Source of the DNA: Haliotis rubra
Taxonomy: Eukaryota
Direction of reading: 5' to 3'
NCBI RefSeq assembly: GCF_003918875.1
Contig: NW_025765570.1
Coordinates: 682,001 to 746,000, forward strand
Length of the DNA stretch: 64,000 bases
Below the pieces are notes generated by a model. That model was not told the origin of the DNA. It made no database searches and saw only the letters and a list, made by a program, of their open reading frames with translations. The translations under genes and the position numbers were made by a program. Of the stretch, positions 52,944 through 64,000 are shown piece after piece (position 1 is the stretch's first letter; each line of letters starts with the position of its first letter).

Positions 52944-53092
52944 AGCGGTACGTGTAAATTAGCTGTTTGATTAAGTAATTACACTTAAATAAACGAATGA
53001 TGACTGTCGCGTTTGATATAGTTACAGCACGTCCGTCTGGAAATTATCAAGCCTCGACAAAGCGACCAGTGGTGGCCAGCTTGACCAGCGAT

Positions 53093-53489
53093 CAGTGATC
53101 GAAATAACGGCCTGCCCGCCTGCCCGAGACTGTCAACTTTCTTCTCGGGCTGCCTGAAAAAATCTCCACCAGCCCGATTGTCTGGTTTATAATTTTAAGA
53201 CTAATCTACTTACTATTCACTCTTATCAATCCATAATTATCATGTCATGTCTTGATGATAAAGATTATGAAAGCAGGATTGCAAGGCACTTTTGAAATGT
53301 CACAGACAGGGGATGTTGTGACTTTGAGTATTTCATGTTTGTTGTTTTGAATTTGCTTAATTAATACACATTTGAAACGATGACACTTGTTTGTTTTTGT
53401 AAAAACTGCAATATATGAGTCAAAGGTGCGGGCAGGCAACATTTATTGGTCACCTGCCCGACTGTCTGCTTGAGTTATTTCAATCACTG
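53093..53489. mobile_element. hAT-type MITE
   Basis: TIRs cagtgatcgaaataac / gttatttcaatcactg; 8-bp TSD ccagcgat / ccaacgat; subterminal cctgcccg repeats. Confidence 0.85.
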
Positions 53490-54021
53490 CCAACGATCGT
53501 AAACTGAAGGTAGATGCCATGTGTGTTGTCGTGGCATAATGCCCCGGAGATCTCTGTAGAGAGTTATTGTCCTTCTCGGGATCCATTAATCATGGGTTCG
53601 AATCCCAGAATCTATAAGTATGATCCTTGTTATGTCAACACAGTACCCGTGATCATGCTTCTCACTAACATGCTGACCGTCTACTACCTGTGTCTTACGA
53701 CTACACGCGGTGCTGCTTGAGTGAGTGAGTTAAGTTGCAAGACCATTCTGATCTGACTCATTCACTCAAACAAAGCTTACAGCTAGGACTAGATATCAGT
53801 TTCATTACTAAGAATGGACAAAGTAGTATATGTGGAATGTAACCAATGGCTTGCACGCCTGACAAACAGGCTTTGCGATAGATAATCACTTCCTGCAAGG
53901 ATTCGGTGTTCGAATCCATTTTGTTTATCGGTGGGTGAGTTACAATTTAATGTTACCTCGTCGATGTATCAGCCATATCGTAAGACAAAATTATACATTA
54001 AAATACAATATATAAACTGGA

Positions 54022-54184
54022 CTGATTGAGTTTGGTTTTACGCCGCTTTTAGCAATATTCCAGCAACATCACAGCGGGGGGACACCAGAAATGGGCTTCA
54101 CACATTGTACCCATGTGGGGATTCGAACCCGGGTCTTCGGCGTGACGAGCCAACGCTTTAACCACTAGGCTACCCCACCGCCCC
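54022..54184 (-). mobile_element. SINE family A
   Basis: 14-bp TSD atatataaactgga at 54008 and 54185. Confidence 0.93.
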
Positions 54185-57100
54185 ATATATAAACTGGATA
54201 AAATCCTGTCACCGAAGCACATTTTAATAACTAGATTACCATATATCATATTTAAAACTAGTTTATGGGCATTTAAAACAATAAACTATCAATTAACAAC
54301 ACAATATAGAACGGGGCTAGAGATCGCTGGGAATAAATGTCCCTCATAGGGGCATAATGCTTCTCCTCCCTGCACTGTTCCCCGGCAGGATCTATGCCGT
54401 CCCTGCAGCTGGCGGTGGTTGTACGAAAGTTTAGCTATTGGTCTATGCTATGATTAAAATAGATATAAATATAAAGTTTATATATGTCGTTCTCTTTCCA
54501 GTACCTTATAATGCTCATGGATTTCACCATGTTGGTAAAATGATACCTCAACTCAAGTTCCTTGTCATGCAATGTACATGTGTAGAGACCAAAACAAGTC
54601 TAAAATAAAAAAATATAAATATAAATCTATTTTTCTTTACGTACGTGCATAGAATACAACAAATTTCATGGTTTGTTGGTTGGGCATTTTGTCAGATTTA
54701 CCAACGGAAGTACCGCGAAAGCAAAGGCTTCAGACACTGAAATTGGAAACCTTACGAAATGGAATCGATGACTGGTAAATTGCGGTGTTCATCGATGCAT
54801 AAACAAACGTCAGTTGTAATAAAATAAATCTACTACTTAATTCGTAAATATCATTTGCTGAATATTCTTCTAATTTCATAGTGCGATTGATGACATGGAG
54901 AAAAATTTCTGGCCTGACTTCATTGCCCGTTGTCCCAATTTCCTGAAGGTTCATCGAAATTGAATTACCGTCCAACGCGACAGTAGATCTGATGTAAACA
55001 TTGTTAACTTTCGGATTACTCAAAGGGAGGTAATTTTGGAATGCACTTTAGTCAGATTCATGTATACTATACGATGGTAGATCTCTCGCAGTAAGTCATG
55101 CTATCACATTTACGGAAATTTAATGTGTTTACATCTGAATGTGTTTTCGTAAAACAAGCAAAAATCGCAATGGTTTAACGCCTGTTCAAACATTATCACC
55201 CGTTTACCATGAAGACTGATAATCTTCTGGCTTTCCCTCGAAATACTACTACTGGAGGTGGGGTTTTCCTCACTCACGCACCTTTGTGTGACATTGCAGA
55301 TCCGACTTTATTAATGCGCGGTTTCTATGAGATGCATTACAATTGTAACCTTCATCACCAGACTGACTGTAATTTCCTCCACATGCGGAGACGAAGAAGT
55401 ACGAGCCATTTAACACCAAGCTAAACTGCGCTATATCAAATCACTCACTGTGTCGTTTTACCTCTGTTGTACACTATATTAAATGAAAATTTACTGAAAG
55501 TAAAGCACTCTCAGATAAAGACACAAGTCAACTGCAGGGGAATTTTGGCCAGCTTACTGTATCTACTGCACAGTTCATGGTATCATTTCCCATCTCGTTC
55601 GCAGGAGTGTTGCTTGTAATTGGTATCGCCATGCTGGCGTCCGTGTCTGTCCCCGTGTACCTGACGTCGAGCGGCGCCGTATACTTAATACTAATTAACC
55701 CTACCACCTCCGTCCATACGTTTGATTTAAAAGCATCCTTAACTAGACAATTACATGTATTCAGTTACGTAAATCGGAAATAGTCTTTTCCGAACACGAG
55801 AGAATCCATTTCGTTTGGAGGAGTCAATTTCGGCGCCGACCAAATCAGTAGCTGTCACTCACCACATCGTCTCCAAAGATGAAACAGACAATCTCGTGCT
55901 GACGGAAGATGCCGATTACTAATTAGGTGTTTGGTTCGGCACCGCGGCCATTACGAACTCCGCACGTACTCAACAATGGCGGACAAAGACGTCAAGACCA
56001 GCCGCATCAAAATGATGTATAGTAATTGAATTTTGAACTGCCGCCGAGGTGTGACATATTGAAGCGTTTTAATCGTCTTAATCCACACAACGCATCAATT
56101 TCACTCTCTGCAAGCGCGGCGACTGGGGTCACCTATTTTCGTGACCCGCCATTGCCGGCAGGAAATAAGGCTGACGTTATGTCACATGCAGATTGCGTTT
56201 AATCTGGCAATTTTCCCGGGCACAATGGACGCCTATCAGAGCCGCCAGTAAAGGTTAGGCTGGGAGAAACTGGTTAGCGCATGTTAAAATGGAACCGGTA
56301 ATAAACCATTATGACAATGCTATTAGGAATGAATTAATAGTGATGTCTTGTCACTGTTTTATCTATGGAATTGGTGATGGTTATTTTCCTGGACGTCGCT
56401 CTTCCCCGAGGGACACTGAAGAAATATAACATTTCGTCGAGTTATGATATCATCAAAATATTTCTCTTTGGCGCATTCAGATGCGCCCTAGTTATGAGAA
56501 GTTATTAAGGGGGACTTTATGACATTGGTCGCGTGTTTATTTTACCATTCATTCTAACAGAGGAAAGACCAGGGTCACAGACAGGGGAGGGTGTTTTATC
56601 CCATATTTATAATTACACCAAAGTGTGTTCTGTTTGCGAAAAAGGGTAATCGCTACCGCTAGAACTTGTCACTCACAAAAAGCCTAAAAACCTCAAGGTT
56701 TTGTGAATATATTTACAGTGGACATAACTTTTATCAGGGACGATTGTGAAGTCAAAAGGTCTGCTCGTATAAATTTATATACCAAGAATATAAAGTTAAG
56801 CGCCAGCGCCATCAAAACTAAGATGTGAAGCTGTGGAAATGTTAGGCTAAAATAATTGGGAAGACCAATCCATATTTAGAGAAGGTTCAGCTCGTAACTG
56901 ATTTGGAAATATTGTTAAAGATATGATGGCACTGATTTTTAAAGCAAAATAACTATTCCTATTCTGCTTATACAACACTATTAAACTTAGGTATCACTTG
57001 TCAAAAATGGCAGTCATGTGACCATATAACAGTCATTTCTGATTTTAACTTTTCCAAAGAAGGTACCTTTTTTAGGAAAACAAAATGCATGTTTTCCAAA

Positions 57101-60100
57101 AGCGGATATATCCTGTTTAAAATAAAATATTATTTCCATAATGGTTTTGTTTCTAAAATAAAAGTACTAAACCAAATTATGGTAGTTGTTTTTTCTGAAA
57201 GATTTCTTATGAGACAACCTATATTGGCAAAATATACTGGGTGGCGCTTAACTTTTTATTCACAGTATACAAAGCCCGGAAAGGGTACAATTTGTAAGTC
57301 TGTTATTGATTTCCTCGCCTTTAAATTGCTGAAATATTGTATAAATGACCTAACATTCATTCGCGCCTTTTAAATGCCAACCCACTGATATATATCTTGA
57401 AGCGTTTGCATTATATATCCTGAACTTCCTGAGAGCCGATCGTACCACTTCGGAGGGTATACTATTTAAAAAGTATAAAGGTTCATATTGTGTTTTTAAA
57501 TGTCATAGATTTGACTTGGAGCGTTCTGTTTCAGGCACATACATAGTGCGTGTTTCACACTGAGAACGCGTCCTACCCAGCGGCTGCATGTAGCTTGTTG
57601 GAATACAACAACTAAGGTGAGTACATGAATGGTGTTTATCGCCGCAATCACCTATCATGTAGTCCAAATATAACGGTGGAATGTTACAGATCAAGTCCAG
57701 CAGAGGCAAACAGGTGACAATATACGACAAAACAAAGTACACTTTACATACTGGTGTACTCCTCTTTATGTAAGGTGTACATGTAAATCGTCTTGCTTAA
57801 AGCTCGGTGTGGTCACAGGTCATGCATGCAGTATGTACTCTCACAAATACACTTATTCGATTAAACCCAAAGACCACTCGATAAATAATAATCTGGGAAA
57901 ACCGGAATTTTAGGCACATAACGAATAATTCATTCGTTTATACCCTGTATTATTTTTAAAATAATGAATTTGTTCAAAGTTGTACTGTGTTTTCAATACA
58001 GAATGATTATATTATATATATCTTTATAGATATGTACTTTATAGTGTGTGTATAGATAATTATGTGTAAGTCTCTCTAAAATACCATTATCTGAAAAAGT
58101 ATGAAATCTCGTATGCAAATTCAATGCAATTCTCGTTTTATTCTTCAGACTAAAATTATCTAGATATATTTTCTCCCTCCTTATTCAAGTTTACCGATCT
58201 CTCCCAAAATGTATTTTGAAAACTGTATACAAGCATGTATTTACATTATTATGATACCAGATTTCTTTAATTACCATACACATGTGGTCCGATTTATATG
58301 GGTGTATATGGGTGACCGAACTGCTTAATGATAACTGCCGATAAAGACAGATTAAGCGTTAAGTTTGTAGTAATACGGGAAGATCAAACCCGCGCCGACG
58401 CGACGATAGAGCTACAGCTGACAAACAATCGATTACCCTAATGAGAATCAAAGCGAGAATCTTGTATGAAACTAGCAGACATCATCAATTATAGAAAAAC
58501 ACGTGCGTGCCCATTGTCCCGTGCCTTGCCTTTTCGGCGAAAACACAGTGTGGGGCGGCCATTATTCCCACTGACCAAGTCGTCTAGTGTACCTACCAGG
58601 TGACCATTATCATAACCATTTGTAGTGTGAAGGAGCCATCACGTCCGTACCTCAAATCTCGCGGGACATCTCGCAGCGTTACGTGACTTGCCAATTCAGT
58701 ATGGCTGACACAACGGTAATAAGCCGCGGTACATTGGGTTCTCGTTCTTCATTAGCATTCTGATCACTAGTAAAGTGCCTTAAGACACATGAAAATCATA
58801 ATTTGTCTATCAAGACTCCGGGATAACTCTAAGATATGCATAATCACATCAAATTCGAGCGATTTCCTTTCAATTTGTTTCAAGCATGCCGTCAAAATTC
58901 AAAGCGGGAAGCGCTATAGGCCGACGTGCCTTATTGCCCTCGTTGTGGTGTGTGAAAGGACAAACCGCTGGAAGCTAGGAGACGTTGCCGTCGCCGCCTT
59001 TTAATTGGCAGCCTCGTGTGCAGCGGTAACTTTAATCAAACACTTCATGCCCTGTGTTTGATTTCCCCAATCACGTGATGCGAGTTAATCAAAACGCGCC
59101 TCTGCCTGTTAGAGAGCTCTTGGCGATAAGCGCGTGAATTAACCCAAAGATCCGCAGCATCGGAGGACGATTTGTGGAAATCACAGGGAACAAATGTTTC
59201 TTTCACGCAAATGCCACATAACTCCAGTCCACGGGGCCTTAGCGTTTTTGCATTTGGAATTAAAACTCTTTCGCAATCTTTGTAGTCACTATAAGAACCC
59301 CACTGAACAGTTTTTCAAGCAAATGAAAACTTTGCAATCTATTGAAATTGGGGAAAAAACTTTCCTGTTTTGGAAGGGTATGTTTTTCTCAACTTGAAAT
59401 TAATCTCATGGCCATATTGTGTAGTTCTAAGTTGGTATGCAGGTGACAAGTTAGTTCGACTTGAGCAGGCTCATCAATTTAATTGGCTCTCGGTGATATT
59501 GGTGAAAATCAAACCCTGCAAGTGGCAAGCAAACCCATATTTCAATGTTAAATCAGTGAAAATTGGAATGATGTATATAGCCAGAAAAGAATTGACTTCA
59601 CATGTGTTCAATTCAAAGCGTGGATGTTTTTAACGCCTGTGATCAACAAATCACCTATCTGTATATCATAAACAAGACACGCAGCACCGAATGCTGGCAT
59701 GTTTATTCTCGAACTAAATGGCATTCAAGAATAAGGTACATACCCAGTAAACATGAGCCAGTCCTATACAAGAAGGACTTACGTTTATTGATTTGTTGAA
59801 TATATGTTTAGGAGCTTTAGTACTAGTATTCAGCTTAACAGGGATAAAGAAAAACTAGAAGCGGCATGATAACAGAGGAAGGCATGGCTTTACTGCAGAG
59901 TTAGAACTTTGACCTTGCACGACACTGAGGCATTTCTTCAGATGCTATTAAACACAAATAGAAGGCTATCAAAACCTAGCTTGTTTAAAGTCTCTTTGAC
60001 CATATTTTATATTATTTTTGATATGGTTCCGGTGCTAAAGCCCACTTTATGTCCTTCCTGTTTCAGGAAATAGCTACTTGATCTGTCAGCGGGACTGGAC

Positions 60101-60389
60101 AGTCTCTCCACGCGCTGGAGTCGCTCAGCAGTAATTGGAAATTGATCAACTTCGATGTAACGTTACACTGCCATATTAACACATTACAACCTTCGCTCAT
60201 TTGTCCATACATCTACAGTTGTCTCCCGTTTTGCTTTTACTGAAAGATAATTTAGGCAAATGATAAGTATTAATCTGATCAGATTTTATTAATCTGCTTT
60301 CGATAAAAAGCATGTCACCAGTATGTCGGTTTTACACTCCTCTAGATCATTTGCTGTTGTCCCAGTTCAAACACAGATACATTTATACT

Positions 60390-60500
60390 CATGCCAATAA
60401 TGGTTGTCACCCCCTTCAATATTTTTAATTGGAGAGGGGGTGGGGGTGTGAGTGTGTGTGGGGTTGGGGTGGGAGGGTGGTGACAATCATTATTGGCATG
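60390..60500. repeat. 22-bp inverted repeat around a G-run-rich spacer (possible MITE relic)
   Basis: catgccaataatggttgtcacc / ggtgacaatcattattggcatg, one mismatch. Confidence 0.7.
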
Positions 60501-63500
60501 TTTTAACTAAAACACTAATAATGTTGCTGAAATAAGTTCGAAATATACATGCGTTCGTGTGTGCGCGTGTCTGTGTGTGATATACCCTTGCTCGTGGGTT
60601 CCGTCAAGGGGAAACACGTCTACGACCCACTTTCCCCCTCCACGGTGCCCTGGTCGAACCTTCAATACCACCGAGTAATTCCAAACTCGCCCGATCGTCT
60701 TTTCCCACTTTTTTCAGAGCATTGAACTTCAAAAAATGAACGGCATACCAACAATGTTCACTACCTCGTGCTTGAAAACGGTACAAGTATCTATACCGAA
60801 ACGTCGCTATTGTACAATAAAGAAGTTGATCATCCATAAACACTTGTCTGTTACTTACAACTTCTAGAATGCCTCTCAAACAGAACGTTGAACAATCGTG
60901 TCAAATTCATTAACAAGCTGGTTAATAATGGTTACAAGTATATTATTAGGTGGTGATAATAGTACATATGTTATAGGAAATGTATTTTACTGTCACAATA
61001 ACAATCTGCTGCAATGGATTACTAACGTGGATTCCTTAAAATCAAAACCAAACATATTCCTTAAATGCTTACTTAAATTCTTAAATTACTTTAGGATAAT
61101 GAAGTCAGTAATATGCAACTGATTGCACACATTAGACACGTTCGGACAATGTTTGAGAGGACTGAGTGCATTTTGGTGCCTAAAAAACACCCTACTCCAC
61201 ACCCAACAAATTTGACGTTGACGTCTCGCGAAATCTTGTCTGTCGCATTTTGGCGTGCGACGTGCGCGCAATCGCTTGCCTAACTTCCTAGCTTGTCTTA
61301 AAGTGATTGATTTTGTTCGTTCAATCTGAAAAGCGAGGTCTGTGACAAATCATATTACATGCCGTCACTCCACAATCGATGCTCCCATACAAGACAAATT
61401 CCGAACCGTCAGATTGTGATAGGACAACAGGCTAATTCGTCGTAGTGCAATTCCCGGGAAATTAAGTGATCATCGAGGTATCTGGCCCTAACTCTCCGGC
61501 TTCCGTTATGACATATTTAGGCGATGTATGATTACTTTAGGCGCTAGTAATTATCCCGATGTCGAACGCCGCAGAGAACTTATAAAACTATCACCTCAAG
61601 CGGAACGAAACTCCGTCGCTTCTTCTACTCGAAGCAGGGATCGGGAAAGAAACGAAAAGAGGATCAGTGACGCTAATTTCTTAGCGCTTGAGGTCCGAGC
61701 GTGTGTAGGCTTTAGCTCCTTGCGCAGCGGCAAATCGTCTGGCGTTATTCCTACGCTTTTGTACACCAGAGGGACTATATCTTCAATCCCCGGTCAATGT
61801 CGTGAAATGATTTTCTTCATAATTTCATGGCAGTGCGATCTTATGATGAGACTTGTATGAAATGGGCAATATAATATGAGTTTGTAATCTTATTTACGAA
61901 GGCAGATTTTCTTCCAAGCCTCTTTCCCAGCCACTTGACAAGTTGATAGGATTACAGAGACCAAATTATTCTATTAAAACCCACGATAGTGCAAGAATTC
62001 TATCATGGTCGTTTTCCACTTGGCTGAGTTAATGCTGTCTGGATAGACAAAGGTTAGATCGGACTGGGCTACCTTAAAGATTAGGCTTTAAATCTTCCTT
62101 AAATCGCTACTGCAAATACAAGAAAATGTGAGATTGGTACAGGTTTTCATTCGTCTATTTTCTTCCTTAGGTAGATTTACGGCATCGGGGCGTCTTTAAT
62201 TCCAATCAGAAAACGTCGTCATTTTCCATCACCGATCCCAGACAATCGCATTACCATCACTGGAGAGTCAATTAAGGGGAGATAATCACCGATTTCTACC
62301 TGTTTAGCAAACAGTGGCTTCTTTCTTGGGCTCAGGACTTTATTCTGTCGATAGACGAAATACGCGCTACGTTAAAACACACCTGTGATGAACTGTTGAT
62401 AAACCCTTGAACCGGTTTGGATTGAGAAAAGTAGTTAATCAAATAGAACAGTTCTGTAAAGATCCAGAGGATACTGTGTACGGAAAACAGAAGATCTTTC
62501 ATCTTTAATAAACTTTCAAGGATATAATTAAGAAGGTAACCGGATATTCATATTACTGAAAGCGAGTTCGGGTTTGTTGAAAAGATTTATTCCACATGAA
62601 AAAAATATTTGAATGCTAAAAATTAATACTTTCTCTGTGAGTTTCTGGGTTTTTCCAAATAACACTTATATTATTTTACCGCCGACAGGTACAAAATGTC
62701 TTGATATACCTATCGATGTACCTATATATCGATGTACCCGTGCATATAAAACATACAATAAAGGCATCTCAGCTTAAACAAAAATCGATTTCAGCGGAAT
62801 AATAACTCTTAATTTTCCTTCATTCACAATCACTTTTTCGGTATGAAAAATATTTCAAGAACGCTCCTTACTAATGAAAAGAGTGAAACTGTGAAATACG
62901 TTGTTTTCTTCTATCAAAGGGATTAGGTGTGAGAAGCCTGTCACATTTTCGCGATTAATATGCCATAAAACTGGTTATGACAGCGCAGGGCAAACTGTAG
63001 AATATGAGAAGGTTAACCACTCAATAGCAGTAAACCTGTGCAGTTAGGTCAAGACTGGTTTTATGTCCTACCCCGCCCCGTATTTCTACTCCCAGTGTAA
63101 GGCCACCTTTAAAGGTGCAAATACAAAAGAATTACCTGTAAAAAGAACAAAATTCAAAGCCTTTTGTCCGTGAAATTTTTTTACTGTCTAGACAAACAAT
63201 ATTGATGCTTCTGTAATGACATACAAAAAATATCGTTGCCAATAAATTTCATCTAGATTTTGCTCTTAAATAAAAACGTTTATGATTCGAATCAATGTGA
63301 TACAACAATCATTATCAAATTTCGATTTGTTTTATGTTCTTGCATAGATTCCGTTCGATGACTAGAAACGCTCTCGGATATTTTTATCCTACAAATCGTT
63401 AGGAACGTCATTGATAACGGGCACCAGGATTTTATGAGTGGCTTGAACTTAAAACTGAACAAGTCCTTTTCTAAATCAAATATGTTGAATTCACACATTA

Positions 63501-63899
63501 ACATTATCCGTGTGGAACTTTGGCACGACTTTGTAATGAAGACCTTTTGTAACGAACAGAATGAAGGAACACATCTCAAACTCTTGCGTTGTACGCTCTT
63601 CAGTGTCCCACAGAATAACACATCTCACGTACAATGCACGATTATACGATTTTTTAATAAAAAAATTTCCACCGAGTGACCCTCATAATTCAATTCCCGA
63701 CCCCTGCAAAATAGGCAATTAGAGGGGTGAGAAGTTGGGGTACTGGAGGTCAGGTGGCGCTGCCGAAATATACCAGCAGAAACTGATACACAACACCTTT
63801 ATTGATCCGTTGGCAACATAGCGTACATACATATATGGAATCCTTCCATATTCTACGGTTTTTCCCGACTGTAAGGGTTTCAGATTATATTGAAATTAT

Positions 63900-64000
63900 T
63901 TATTGAGTTTGTTAGCAAAAATAGATCGATCTTTATTCGTGGATTTTGTTGCAGCTCCCATGGTCTCAAAATAGAAACAGGCAGATATTTTAATGTTCCT
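63900..64000 (+). mobile_element. LINE (RTEX-like) C-terminal remnant, cut by the window edge
   Basis: Translates to CCSSHGLKIETGRYFNVP, matching the SxHxLxIETGRY motif of non-LTR ORF C-termini. Confidence 0.6.

Noticed and set aside
10623-54184. tRNA genes at the A/B-box motifs
   Set aside because: Each continues into a shared SINE body and simple-repeat tail, most with TSDs, so they are tRNA-derived retroposon heads.

Overview
AT-rich, repeat-dense animal genomic DNA; the SINE families suggest a mollusc (inference only). The main feature is a minus-strand integrin beta-like gene that the ORF track misses. I assembled 12 GT-AG exons by hand from 24187 down to 7060: 892 nt, 297 codons, all intron phases compatible, no stops. 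It encodes signal peptide, PSI, hybrid and I-EGF1-3, but the two halves of the hybrid domain splice directly together and no beta-I (vWA/MIDAS) domain can be found. The 3' end of the gene is not resolved in this window. Ten unrelated tandem arrays (units about 26-80 bp) occupy much of 0.5-46.5 kb, and several grew from local sequence: one from a splice donor of the gene, one from inside a dead Tc1 transposase. The window also holds several SINE families with target-site duplications (TSDs), LINE remnants, a Tc1 element, MITEs, an unusual tRNA-like element with copy-specific inverted repeats, and an assembly gap. The last ~14 kb is array-free non-coding DNA.
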